Origin: Oceanospirillaceae bacterium
GTDB lineage: Bacteria > Pseudomonadota > Gammaproteobacteria > Pseudomonadales > Oceanobacteraceae
Assembly (NCBI GenBank): GCA_002724925.1
Contig: PBQA01000003.1
Coordinates: forward strand, 14,487-78,486
Length of the DNA: 64,000 nucleotides
Direction of reading: 5' to 3'
Part shown: positions 47,230 through 58,608 of the stretch, one piece after another
Layout: each line of letters opens with the position of its first letter
How positions within the stretch are numbered: position 1 is the stretch's first letter
Translations under genes and position numbers: made by a program
The notes under the pieces: model-generated
What the model was told of the DNA's origin: nothing
Database searches by the model: none
The model's input: the letters and a program-made list of their open reading frames with translations, nothing else

Positions 47230-48726
47230 ATGAGTACATTGGCGCCACCCACAACAACTATACCGGCCGATAGCCTGAATACGCTGAGTGCTGAACAGAT
47301 CGTATCAAAAATTAAGGCAAGGGATTTTTCTTGCCAAGATTTGCTAGCTTACTATCAGTCCCAGTATCAATTGCATAATGGCCGAATCAACGCCATTGTC
47401 GCGACCGATTTTGATGCAGCGAAAAAACGTGCCATTGCCGCAGACGAAGCCCTAGCCAATGGCGAAGATTGGGGGCCTTTACATGGTTTGCCCATGACGA
47501 TAAAAGACTGTTTTGAAGTCGTGGGGATGCCCACCACAGCAGGCAACCCGATTTACAAAAACCATTTCCCTAATAGCAATGCAGAATCTGTTCAGCGCTT
47601 AGTCAACGCCGGGGCTATCGTCTTCGGCAAAACCAATGTCCCCATCAACGCGGCCGATATCCAGAGCTTTAACAGTATTTACGGCACGACCAATAACCCT
47701 TGGGACATTAGTAAAACCCCCGGGGGCTCTTCAGGTGGGGCTGCGGCGGCACTGGCTGCGGGGTTAAGCCCGATTGAACTCGGCAGCGATATTGGCGGCT
47801 CTATCCGAACACCGAGTCATTGGTGTGGTATCTTTGGGCATAAACCCAGCTACGGTATTGTGCCCCTAAAAGGCCATGTTCCTGATGAGCCAGGGACACT
47901 CGCAATGCCAGACTTGGCCACAGCCGGGCCGATGGCTAAAACGCCCGAAGACCTCGACATGCTGCTGGATATACTGACAGCCCCTGACAAAGCCAGCACT
48001 GAAGGCTGGGCGCTGAAGCTGCCGTCAAGCTCAAAAAAATCACTCGGTGATTACAAAGTGCTCGCTTGGTTTGATGACCCTGCCGCCCCTATTGAACATG
48101 AGCTTCGACAGCGTTATCAGGCGCTAGTTGAAACATTAAAAGAGCAAGGGGCTCAGGTGGATGAAGGCGCACCTGACAATCTCGCACTGATTGATTTTTA
48201 TGTTCCCTATTTAAAACTGCTGGTGGGTGAGGTGGCCAGTGCAATGCCGCTGCAAGAACGCCTTAAAGCCGCGTTACTGAGCCCGTTGCTGTTGCTAATA
48301 GGTCGATTTATCGGTTTTCCGCCAACCTTCTTGAATGCTTTGAGGTCAGTCGGGCAATCACATCGATCGTGGAAAAAAGCCAATGAGCAGCGGTTGAAGC
48401 TAGCAGCTCGTCTACAAAGCACCTTTGATCAGTACGATATTATCCTGATGCCTGTCGTGCCGACGACCGCTATTCCGCATAATCAAAAGGGAGATGTGCC
48501 CTTAAGAACCATCAACGTTAATGGCGAAAAACGAAACTATACCGAGTTATTTCCCTGGATATCCTTTGCCACCATACTCGGGCTGCCTGCGACGTCGGCC
48601 CCTATTGCTACCACAAAAGAGGGGATGCCAATGAATGTTCAGGTCGTAAGCCGTCAGTTTAAAGATAAAGAAACGATCCAGTTTGCTAAACTGCTTCATG
48701 CTATTGTCGGGCGGATAGCGCCTTAA
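47230..48726 (+). CDS. Amidase-signature family amidase
   Basis: TIKD (Lys), GGSSGG, GSDIGGSIRTP (Ser-cisSer-Lys triad). Confidence 0.95.
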   Translation: MSTLAPPTTTIPADSLNTLSAEQIVSKIKARDFSCQDLLAYYQSQYQLHNGRINAIVATDFDAAKKRAIAADEALANGEDWGPLHGLPMTIKDCFEVVGMPTTAGNPIYKNHFPNSNAESVQRLVNAGAIVFGKTNVPINAADIQSFNSIYGTTNNPWDISKTPGGSSGGAAAALAAGLSPIELGSDIGGSIRTPSHWCGIFGHKPSYGIVPLKGHVPDEPGTLAMPDLATAGPMAKTPEDLDMLLDILTAPDKASTEGWALKLPSSSKKSLGDYKVLAWFDDPAAPIEHELRQRYQALVETLKEQGAQVDEGAPDNLALIDFYVPYLKLLVGEVASAMPLQERLKAALLSPLLLLIGRFIGFPPTFLNALRSVGQSHRSWKKANEQRLKLAARLQSTFDQYDIILMPVVPTTAIPHNQKGDVPLRTINVNGEKRNYTELFPWISFATILGLPATSAPIATTKEGMPMNVQVVSRQFKDKETIQFAKLLHAIVGRIAP

Positions 48727-48729
48727 ATG

Positions 48730-48759
48730 GTTAGGGCGGACACGTAAGTCCGCCCTAAC
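48730..48759. repeat. REP-like hairpin / terminator
   Basis: Perfect 12-bp arms GTTAGGGCGGAC / GTCCGCCCTAAC with a 6-nt loop, between convergent genes. Confidence 0.7.
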
Positions 48760-48826
48760 ATAGGTTGGTTTTTTGTCGCTCATCTTGAGCGCTATGAGCC
48801 TATAGAAACGTTTACGACAGGGTTTT

Positions 48827-49480
48827 CTACCAGTTTAATGACGAGCCCGTTTGGTACTCCGTCACTCTCGTTTCAAAGAAGTTTTTCTCCTTACGCATGT
48901 TGGCCTGTTCATCTAGCCAAGGTAGCGTGCTTTTAGCATTAGCAAAGGGCACGGTGAGTTTTAACTGCTTTGCCCTTCGATTGGCAATAAACCTAAACTG
49001 CTCTTTATGCTCCTCTGCTGAATACCCTAAGATGGGGTCTTGCAAGATATAGTCAGCATACATCTGCTCTGCCGCATCTGCTTCTTCAAACATCGCTTGA
49101 ATCGCTTTTGGGTCTAGCGTTAAGTTTTCTTCTTTTACAATCTGGTTAACCACACGAATACCAAAGGCACAGTGCATGACCTCGTCTCGCATGATGTATT
49201 GCAATTGCTCCCCGGTGCCTTTCATCAACCCTCTACGTTGCAGGGCAAATATAGGGCTAAAGCCGTTATAGAACCAACACCCTTCAAAAATACCCGCAAA
49301 GAAAATATAGGCCATTACGAATTGTTCAAGATCATCACGGTTATGCAAATTAATATCGCTGCGCATCACCGAATCTAAGCGGGTATTGGCGAGCTTAATT
49401 TTGCGGTAAATAGCAGGCACTACGCGATAGCGGTTATAGATTTCACCTTGGTCTAACCCGATGGTTTCAATACAGTGCGC
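48827..49480 (-). pseudogene. nrdB: 5'-truncated class I ribonucleotide reductase beta subunit
   Basis: HCIETIGLDQGEIY..., FEGCWFY, RDEVMH, NFFETRVTEY; in-frame TAG at 49511-49513 and no N-terminal part. Confidence 0.88.
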
Positions 49481-49683
49481 AACAATAAAAACTTCGGCTT
49501 CGAAGGTGATCTAGTGAAAGCTAGCAAGACACTGCTTGCGGTTAATTTTTACGCTGCGCTTCAAAATTGCCGCAGAGAATACTCCATGGGGTCAGGCCCC
49601 TGAAAATAGACTCTAGTGTGTATGCCACCAAATATTGCTTAAAATAGGCATTTCTTGGGGCAGGCATCTATGACCACTTCGAA

Positions 49684-50256
49684 TCAAGCTGGCTCCGAAA
49701 TAGTAAATGGCAGTTTAATCGACGACATATAGGGTGTTTGATCCATCTGTGGAAGCGAAAGCCAGTCGCTTACTTTTAAAGGATCAATGAAGAGCGGCAT
49801 CCTGTGATGGTATCTTGCACACTGTTCATCGGCCTGCGTGGTCAGGGTAACGAATGAGCAATCACGTTGATGATCTGGAAACATGATGCCGGCCATAAAC
49901 AAGACCTGGTTAGAAGAATGTCCAAATCGGTATTTTGTCTTATTTTCCTTGTTTCCTGTCCATTCAAACCAGCCGGAACAGGGCACAACACATCGATGTA
50001 GCGCATAGACCGCGCTAAAGGTTTTCTTAACGGTGACTGTTTCCGCTTGTGAATTAATAATGGGATGCTTCGACCATTCAGGCTGAATCCCCCAGGAAGC
50101 ATTCACTTGCGCTAAGTGATCATGAGAAAAGGTTAAGCAAGAAGCCTGCTGGCTTGGACGAAGATCAAGATTATGGATGGCATCAAAGTGAACATGTAGT
50201 GTTTTGAATACAAGTGAATCGATCAAGTCCTTTTTAACTTCAATTCTTCCACACAT
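49684..50256 (-). CDS. SOS-response-associated peptidase (SRAP/YedK, abasic-site protection)
   Basis: True start MCGR at 50256; INSQAET, RCVVPCSGWFEW, HHRMP. Confidence 0.9.
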   Translation of the reverse strand: MCGRIEVKKDLIDSLVFKTLHVHFDAIHNLDLRPSQQASCLTFSHDHLAQVNASWGIQPEWSKHPIINSQAETVTVKKTFSAVYALHRCVVPCSGWFEWTGNKENKTKYRFGHSSNQVLFMAGIMFPDHQRDCSFVTLTTQADEQCARYHHRMPLFIDPLKVSDWLSLPQMDQTPYMSSIKLPFTISEPA

Positions 50257-50872
50257 ACTGGCACCTTCGAAAAAGATCCTGATTTTCTTTATTTTTGGGG
50301 CGTAGTATAAATAATCAATGTTGTCTTTTCGCACTAAGTGGCGCTCAGAGTTTTTGATCAGATACGATTTTGATAGGTGTAACTTGGACTTGGTTGTGCC
50401 ATAACTTGCCGTTGAAGGTTCAAATTTGTTTGGCCTTATTGTCATACTTCTGCTTGCTAGAAGAATTAAGGATTTACTTCAAAAGCGTTCATTGTTGACT
50501 GGCCCAAAACAGCTTACTTCAAGAGCAAAGCGATCCCTTTGAAGAAACGTTTTTCGCTGTAAATGATCGTCTTTTCCTGGTCAGAAGTTTTTACAAAGAG
50601 GACGTTTTTACGTTCAAAGAAAATGAAATATTTAGTGAATAATAGCTGTTCAAAACAGTTCCGAAAAATGAATATACCAAACTTTTGAGTTCTAAACTGA
50701 TAGCTTTTCGTTGACAATATTTAATTTAATTCGGGCTAAAAAAGGCTAAATAGTTTTGAAAGTTGCCTTGTGTTTTTTTGATATTTTTGGCCGGCAGCTG
50801 GCTTTAATTAGATGGTCTACTTTATGGGAAGAATAATCTTTAATTGGAAACCACCTAACAACAGTGAGCAGC

Positions 50873-53095
50873 CTAATAAGCATCTTCACGGTAGCGCCCT
50901 TGGGCTTTAAGTGTTTGTACGTCGATGCCTAGTGGCGCGATAATTTCGTCCAAAGCCACCATAACGCTGTTTGCCATATTTCGACCACCACAAACCAGAA
51001 CCTGTGCACCTTTTTCAATCAATTGGCGCAGCTCCACACCATCTAACACGATCTTATCCTGTACATAAGCATGTTCATTGACACGCGAGAAAACGGCGTT
51101 TAGCTTCGTTAAGCGCTTGTCCTTGATATAGCTATTGAGTTCAGGTTCATAAAGGAAGTCGGACTTGGGACAACGCCCTCCCCAATAGAGGTGTATGGGG
51201 TGCTGCGCTTTATTATGACGGATGAAACCGACTAAGGGCCCGATGCCTGTGCCTGCTCCGATCAACACTATCGGTGCCTTACCAGAGGAAGGTCGAAAGT
51301 TAGGGTTGGGTTGGATAAAGGCTTCAATGGTGTCTCCCACAGATAGCGCATGTAGGAAACTTGAACACCGGCCACTGGGATGCTGGCGCACGCAGATCTC
51401 CAAGATGCCATCCTTCGACGCTGAGGCTAGGGAATAGAAGCGCGCTACGCTGCTATCCGGCGGCAGGATGCCGACCAAATCACCCGCTTCGAAATTCGGC
51501 AAGTTTGTACGTCCAAAAAAGCGGCTCAGCCTACTTTTGCTGCCACCCTCGGGTGACTTAAAGCGCAGCACTGCAGTGGGGGCTTGTACCGCCACACCGT
51601 AATCCACCCGCTCGGCAAGTTCCAGCGTCTTAGTAGGTCGATGCACTGGGGTGTGCACCAGAGTCAACTCAGAATTAATCACCTTACCTATTGCCTTGCC
51701 CCAGCGGGCAAACTCTTGAGACGATTGGCAGTTGATGCTATCGAGCGGCAGTAACTGCGGCCAAGCTTTAGCAAGGAGTGCTGCTTCGACGTCATGAGCG
51801 AATTGACAGAATGCAAGGAATTGACGATCGCCGAAGCCCAAGACAGCAACGGGAAGGTCGGGTGTTTTGGTAATCTTATCTAGCTGTGTTAGAAAGCGAC
51901 TAGCTGATGCGGGTGCTTTGCCATCGCCATAGGTCGCCGTCAGGATAAACAGCCGTTTTGCCTGTGGGTAATTGCCTGTAAAACTGTTCATTGAGTTTGT
52001 ATGCACAATATGTCCAGCCAAGTTAAGGGCATTATGCAAGGTTTTAGCAAAGCCCCAAGTACTGTTGCTCTCGCTACCAACCAGTATCACGGTATCTGCA
52101 AGTCGGGGGGCAGTATTATTGCTGATGGTCACGGCCGACTGTTTACGATTCCACCAAATCTGGATGCCGGTCCATGTCATGAGTGGCACAGTAAGTGCGC
52201 TCAGACCTAATAGCAAACCGAGCCACCATAACCCTTCGCCGGTATGTAGCATATAAATAAACTCATAGATTATCTGTTTGCTAGCATAGGGCTGGAAGGC
52301 TAGTAATTGACCTGTTGACTGATCAACAAAACCACGCCCCTGATCGCTTGTGATTGAATAGACATCGTTTGGATCTTCTGTATACGGATAAACCAACTCT
52401 CGAAGCTCGGACACAGAAATGGCCTTTAATGCTGAAAGCGTGTCAATGGATGCCGGCGTACCGCCATTCACCTTTTCTGGGAAAGCAGGTTCAGCGGATT
52501 GGTAATCAGGTATCAATTCGAAGGTTATAGCTGACATATAAAGGCCGGTGGCCGCCGATAGTATCAGGCCAAGTATGGCTATTCGACCAACTTGAAGGTG
52601 TAAGCGCTGTTTAAAAGAGCCTTGAATGGGTCGGAAAACATGACGCCAGCCGCCCAGTCGATTTGCCAACATGAAGGCACCTGAAAACGTTAATAACAGC
52701 ATAATAAAAGCAGTAACACCGGCACCAATTCGACCGGGCGTATCAAGCAGATATGATCGATGTAGGTTTTTCACCCAAACCATAACAGGTGAGGCTGAAT
52801 AAGCCCCGATAGTTGCGCCCGTTATCGGGTTGATCAGATCGGCCCCGGTCTGGTTATTGTCGGTAAAATAGACGATCAGGCCGCCAGAGGCCGTTCGCTG
52901 TATTTGTTCCACCCCAGGGTAGCGAGTTGCTAGTTTGCCAGCTAACTCGGCCACACTGATGGACGCTGTTCCTGCTACCTTGGCTTGTGTGCGCTCCAAA
53001 AATGGGTTGACCGATAAAATTGCGCCCGAAATGGCTAGCACTACAATGAGAAGCGCTGCCATTAAACCAGACAAAGAGTGAAATTTACGGAGCAT
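50873..53095 (-). CDS. PepSY-TM / flavodoxin / FAD-NAD(P)H oxidoreductase fusion
   Basis: MLRKFH start, LHTGEG, flavodoxin ATYGDG, RFYSLAS, GAGTGIGP, VCGG. Confidence 0.9.
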   Translation of the reverse strand: MLRKFHSLSGLMAALLIVVLAISGAILSVNPFLERTQAKVAGTASISVAELAGKLATRYPGVEQIQRTASGGLIVYFTDNNQTGADLINPITGATIGAYSASPVMVWVKNLHRSYLLDTPGRIGAGVTAFIMLLLTFSGAFMLANRLGGWRHVFRPIQGSFKQRLHLQVGRIAILGLILSAATGLYMSAITFELIPDYQSAEPAFPEKVNGGTPASIDTLSALKAISVSELRELVYPYTEDPNDVYSITSDQGRGFVDQSTGQLLAFQPYASKQIIYEFIYMLHTGEGLWWLGLLLGLSALTVPLMTWTGIQIWWNRKQSAVTISNNTAPRLADTVILVGSESNSTWGFAKTLHNALNLAGHIVHTNSMNSFTGNYPQAKRLFILTATYGDGKAPASASRFLTQLDKITKTPDLPVAVLGFGDRQFLAFCQFAHDVEAALLAKAWPQLLPLDSINCQSSQEFARWGKAIGKVINSELTLVHTPVHRPTKTLELAERVDYGVAVQAPTAVLRFKSPEGGSKSRLSRFFGRTNLPNFEAGDLVGILPPDSSVARFYSLASASKDGILEICVRQHPSGRCSSFLHALSVGDTIEAFIQPNPNFRPSSGKAPIVLIGAGTGIGPLVGFIRHNKAQHPIHLYWGGRCPKSDFLYEPELNSYIKDKRLTKLNAVFSRVNEHAYVQDKIVLDGVELRQLIEKGAQVLVCGGRNMANSVMVALDEIIAPLGIDVQTLKAQGRYREDAY

Positions 53096-53117
53096 GGCAG
53101 AGCTTCCTATTGACCGT

Positions 53118-53588
53118 TTAAAAAGAATAAGTAAAGGTTTTGACGTAGCCGTTACCATTGACAAGTTTACCGGCACCTTCGCTGGTTAATGGCACCACAA
53201 CATCGTTGCGATTGTCTCGCATATCCTCGACCGACGAATCCACTCGCAACTGAAAACCGGTATCAATATAAGTATCCGCCAGTTCAAGGCTTACCGTTAA
53301 TGTTTTGCCGCTGGTCACGCTGGCACCGCTTATCCCGTCATACTCACTAGTGCGCAGACCACTACCACGGGCCCAGCCCGTCAAATGTTTGTAATATTTT
53401 GACTTCTGCCCAGCGATCCACAGCGTCTCTTGGTATTGACCTTTCGCATTGGTTAAATAGATCGCCAGATAGGCACCATTCCCGCTATAGCTTTGTAGTT
53501 CGGTGCTCAGAACTATTTCACGCGCAGTGCTTTGTGTGCTTAATGCCAAGGCGCTGAGCAAGCACAGTATCATTACTAAATGTTTCAT
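53118..53588 (-). CDS. DUF2271-family periplasmic protein
   Basis: AYLAIYLT...TLWIAG...YYKHL..W...DGISGAS. Confidence 0.85.
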   Translation of the reverse strand: MKHLVMILCLLSALALSTQSTAREIVLSTELQSYSGNGAYLAIYLTNAKGQYQETLWIAGQKSKYYKHLTGWARGSGLRTSEYDGISGASVTSGKTLTVSLELADTYIDTGFQLRVDSSVEDMRDNRNDVVVPLTSEGAGKLVNGNGYVKTFTYSF

Positions 53589-53625
53589 CGTATTGACTCC
53601 TGATAGCTATTTGATAGTGATTAAT

Positions 53626-54030
53626 TTAGTCGATCGTTGCTTTAGCTTTATGTTTTGCTGCCTTATTTTTTGAATTCATCTTGGCGCCAGATTCTTCAGG
53701 GCTATATTGGACGCCTAAATCCAAGTAGTCGGAAGTATCTCCTGAACCGTTAAATTTAATTTCAAGTTCTATCACTCTCAGCGAGGCGGGTGAAAATTTG
53801 GCTTCTACCTTATGACCATTACGATCCAGACCTTTAATTTCATAACAGCCATCATCCACTTTGATGCGTTTTACGTCCCAGCCTTTGTCTTCCATTATCT
53901 GCCGCAGTTGCTCCTTAGGCTGCCAGTCTGTTACTGGGTCAGTGCAGTCATCTTTTGCTAAGGCTGCGCCACTAAGTAAACATGAGGCAATAAAGGCAGT
54001 AATAAGTTTGTTATTTGAGATATTTTTCAT
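53626..54030 (-). CDS. PepSY domain periplasmic protein
   Basis: WQPKEQL...IKVDDGCYEIKGLD. Confidence 0.88.
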   Translation of the reverse strand: MKNISNNKLITAFIASCLLSGAALAKDDCTDPVTDWQPKEQLRQIMEDKGWDVKRIKVDDGCYEIKGLDRNGHKVEAKFSPASLRVIELEIKFNGSGDTSDYLDLGVQYSPEESGAKMNSKNKAAKHKAKATID

Positions 54031-54136
54031 GATATATGTCCTTTTTTATTGAACTGTTGATTTGGTTCTGTTGATTACAGGTTTCATCATAAACGGCCTT
54101 TCTGACAGTAAGCTGAAAGCAAGGCTGTTTTTTGTT

Positions 54137-54386
54137 TTATCGTAGCTCAAATGCTTCTTTACGAAAAAATAAGGCACCTTTTAAGCTTTCTCGTAACTCT
54201 TTTTCTAATATTTTGGCCCAAGCTGAGGGGCCGCAAAACCATACTTCCATCGCATTTTTCTGCGTATGTTGAGTGAGGAGTTGATCTGTCGTTAGCTTTT
54301 CACCCTGACTGCCGTCATGTACGTATAACTCAATACTCGATAAGCCACTACACGCCAGTTGTAAGCGCTCAACGAAAGGGTCGGTT
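54137..54386 (-). pseudogene. C-terminal remnant of a ferric-reductase-like NAD-binding oxidoreductase, cut by IS3
   Basis: EVWFCGP...EAFELR* motif; reading frame starts at the IS3 left end. Confidence 0.75.
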
Positions 54387-54453
54387 TGTAGTGGCAGACT
54401 AAACCCGAACACTGTTTTAAGTGGTAGCATTACACTTAATAACGAGGTGTTCA

Positions 54454-55616
<1,163 letters not shown>

Positions 55617-55624
55617 CCACTACA

Positions 55625-56539
55625 ATTCTTCCAACCAACATGTTGTGTGCCAGTTATTCGATTACGGGAAGTAAGTGCATATTTTTCCCTTAAGTAGGCA
55701 GCTCTATTTGTACTTCCTTTAGAACTTTTCCATCCATCCGGTGCCAGGCCATCTTCAGGGTGATATAGCCTCACATTGGCTTTTTTCTCATCGTTATGAT
55801 CGTAGTGAACATCTTGGACCCACAAATGCAATGAATCACTGATCCTGCAACCAGTGAAATGCATCATCAAGATAATGAGCTGGTTCCTAACAATGACTCT
55901 TCTATCTGACGCACCGCCGATACCTTCAAGAAAGAAACGACCGAAAAGAGGTTCTGAAAATGCAATTGCATCACTCGACGTCGCCATTAATTGTCTGCCG
56001 CTAATGCTTCGAACCTTATTTACTGTATCGCTAATACTGCGATCCTTAATGTGACCAAGAAAGTCATTATGCGAACGTCTAAACCAAGCAGCGTAATTGA
56101 GCCTCTTTTCGAAACTATCAGCCTCACGCAAAGGATTCATATTGTTAACGTTATGATTCTCACTAAGCCAATCTGTTAATCCAGAAATAGCGTTGATGAC
56201 TCCATTGGTAGTTTTATTTCTTGAGGGGAGCCAATAAAGATTTGAAGGGTCCAGACCATTATCACCAATGGTTCCTTCATACAGGGCCAGCGTAAATGAT
56301 TGGAAGAGCTGAACTGGATCATGGAAACAATGCTTGTTTGCTTCCATGTATTGCATCAGCAGATAAGTTGAATGTGTAACTTTAGTCATCCAACTCACAC
56401 TTCTGTCATGCCTGTGGGTTAGCAAGTAATCCAACAACGGTTTTAAAACACCATGTTCTGTAACTAGAACAGGAAGCCAGCATTCAAAACCTGAATTATC
56501 AGTGATGACTCTTACTTTCACTTTTACTGGCGTAACCAT
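55625..56539 (-). pseudogene. gmtY: Gamma-mobile-trio-type tyrosine recombinase GmtY, 3'-truncated by IS3
   Basis: N-terminus (LPVLVTEHGVLKPLLDYL...GLDPSNLYWLP...FLGH) and first catalytic R (GCRISD) present; HxxR and Y region lost at the IS3 right end. Confidence 0.8.
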
Positions 56540-56691
56540 TACAACCTACATTCTAATTATATTTATTATAGATAATGCTATAGGTATCACCTTATATCAA
56601 CTAGAATTCAAGCACTAAAACACTCTTTTGAGTATGATTATTATGTTTTAATCCGCTATACATTTCAATTTCTGTGGATAATCTCCGTGTA

Positions 56692-57123
56692 TTACGCGGC
56701 CACCTCATTCCAATCCCAAGGCGTAAAACGGGTTTCCGATGCTTCCAGCAGCTCAAGAACGGCTGTCTCCCCTTGGGCCACGGCCTGCCGTACATCTTCA
56801 ATATTAACCACATCCTTCTCATAGTCCATCCAGGACAGGTGCTGATCCTCCTTGCCATTGGAGCGATAGTGGCTTTCACCGCCCTGATTGCAGTTGTGCT
56901 CCTGCCAGTAATAGCTGTATGAGATGCCTTGCTGCCGGAGATGATCGAGAATTACTTCGAGCCGAAGATCGCCACGACAGTTAATCCCGCCAATTTGGAG
57001 TTTGGTAATACTTTCGGAGTCATCAGATACCTGGTTGAGAATCTCGATGTCAGTTGAGGCGAAGAGGGCTGTCACCTTTTCGGTATGTACGGTACGGACG
57101 ATCATAGATGTTTCGATTGTCAT
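56692..57123 (-). CDS. Hypothetical protein
   Basis: 143-aa ORF in a minus-strand cluster. Confidence 0.65.
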   Translation of the reverse strand: MTIETSMIVRTVHTEKVTALFASTDIEILNQVSDDSESITKLQIGGINCRGDLRLEVILDHLRQQGISYSYYWQEHNCNQGGESHYRSNGKEDQHLSWMDYEKDVVNIEDVRQAVAQGETAVLELLEASETRFTPWDWNEVAA

Positions 57124-57140
57124 GTTAAGGTTCCTTCTGG

Positions 57141-57689
57141 TTAAAAAAGAGATAGTTGTGTTTCTCTAAATCCCAACTCCGAAGAGGGGAAGTTTTCTGA
57201 AAGCTTGCGTGCGAGGTCGGTCTCGTCGGCAAACCGAGTATTTGGTTGAAGTAGCGGTTCCAGCACCTCCTTTGCTTGGTATAACTCAACGTCTGAAGGG
57301 AAGACCCAATAACAGTTACTTGGGCAGCTCATGCAAACACCTAGAGAAGACAGAGCATCTTTGATTGAAGTATCTGCCCACTGAGGAAGTCGAATCTCTA
57401 CATGACCGTGCATATTGATTCGGACCTTCTTCCAACCAAATTCTTTATGTTCGTCTCCGATCAGGTAGCATAGAGTTGACTGCTCTCGGTACAGCTCCTT
57501 GGCAAGATGCTGTAGCCCTTCTTTGTCCAGCTCGGACCCATGTGTATGGCGATAGCCAGTATGTGAGGCCCACTTGCCGTAGAAGCCCCATCCTCCGCAC
57601 GATTTCTCCGCATAGCCTTCGAGGCCAAACACGATAATCGGTATTCTTTGCTCGGATTCTTCTTCTGTAACGGCTCCGTTGAAGCTCAT
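57141..57689 (-). CDS. Hypothetical protein
   Basis: 182 aa; start overlaps the previous stop (ATGA coupling). Confidence 0.7.
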   Translation of the reverse strand: MSFNGAVTEEESEQRIPIIVFGLEGYAEKSCGGWGFYGKWASHTGYRHTHGSELDKEGLQHLAKELYREQSTLCYLIGDEHKEFGWKKVRINMHGHVEIRLPQWADTSIKDALSSLGVCMSCPSNCYWVFPSDVELYQAKEVLEPLLQPNTRFADETDLARKLSENFPSSELGFRETQLSLF

Positions 57690-58072
57690 GCTTGCGAAGC
57701 CTCGCTGGTGGCTATGACAGATTCATTCAATGAAACCGACTCTTCACAGTCATGGCAGTAGGATTCATCGTATGTCGCATAGAGGACGAATTCCTGAGCA
57801 TTGACATCCCACGATGCGAATGCGTCCTTAACCACATTGTCACCGCCGCATTTTGAGCACGTCAGTTCGTATGCGCCGACTGGTGGCCGGTTGCGAACCG
57901 CTTCAAGTCGGTACTCCTGCTCTTTTCCAAATGCGTGACATTGGTTTTCAGCCCACTTCATCACGCCGGATGGGATATGCTTCTTCAGCTCATCCATCAC
58001 CCAGACCGGCATAAAGTACCCGGTACTGTTATTTGCCTCAGTAAGAGTTTTGCTCAGGGTCTCTTTGCACAT
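57686..58072 (-). CDS. Hypothetical protein with a CxxC...CxxC zinc ribbon
   Basis: CSKCGG...CHDCE; GAGG RBS. Confidence 0.7.
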   Translation of the reverse strand: MCKETLSKTLTEANNSTGYFMPVWVMDELKKHIPSGVMKWAENQCHAFGKEQEYRLEAVRNRPPVGAYELTCSKCGGDNVVKDAFASWDVNAQEFVLYATYDESYCHDCEESVSLNESVIATSEASQA

Positions 58073-58115
58073 GATTTTGTCCTCTGCTTCCGTAAAATCT
58101 GTTTCATAATCAGAC

Positions 58116-58141
58116 TCTCACGAAAGTTCGAACTAGCAACT
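58116..58141 (-). promoter_or_regulatory. Repeated upstream motif AGTTGCTAGTTC-N7-CGTGAGA (copy A)
   Basis: Other copies at 59705-59716 (-, first half only), 60170-60202 (+) and 60895-60927 (+). Confidence 0.65.
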
Positions 58142-58152
58142 GTACTTAGGCG

Positions 58153-58599
58153 CTAAGAGCGGTAAATCTCGATGAATATCTCCCGTGCTGCCTGCTCTGC
58201 TTTAAGACACATTTCCACATCAAACCAGCCAAAGTGACAAGCTTCGTGCTCAATGCCGAGTTTCTCTGCTAGACGCTTATATGCATCACTTCTGGTAAGC
58301 CTGCCTGATTTGTAAAGCGCCTCGAACGGCGATTTACAGCGCTTCCTTGCTTCACGCATCTCAGTGGTTGCAAGGGTGCCAAGCGGTATGTTGGTGAATG
58401 GGTGCATACCAACATATGAGCCACATCCTTTACAGCGATATGCCCACGGCCAGTCTCCGTAGGACCTACCATAAAGGTCATCATGATGGACAATTTCCAC
58501 TGTATCGCCGCAATGCTGGCAGTCCGATGGGATAGGAAGAGGATTTTTGACCCGGTTCATAGCCTTTCTACTTGGGTTCCAAGGTGTCTTCGGTTGCAT
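58153..58599 (-). CDS. DUF3268-family zinc-finger protein
   Basis: CQHCG, CKGCGSYVGMH...PLGTLA, AYKRLAEKLGI...CHFGWF. Confidence 0.85.
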   Translation of the reverse strand: MQPKTPWNPSRKAMNRVKNPLPIPSDCQHCGDTVEIVHHDDLYGRSYGDWPWAYRCKGCGSYVGMHPFTNIPLGTLATTEMREARKRCKSPFEALYKSGRLTRSDAYKRLAEKLGIEHEACHFGWFDVEMCLKAEQAAREIFIEIYRS

Positions 58600-58608
58600 A
58601 GTTGGGAC

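Noticed and set aside
48730-48759. Integron attC site
   Set aside because: GTT and AAC boxes are in the wrong order and the hairpin is too short; REP or terminator is more likely.
50257-50717. N-terminal extension of SRAP and a 67-aa ORF
   Set aside because: SRAP needs Cys at position 2 (MCGR). The upstream AT-rich frames have no recognisable features.
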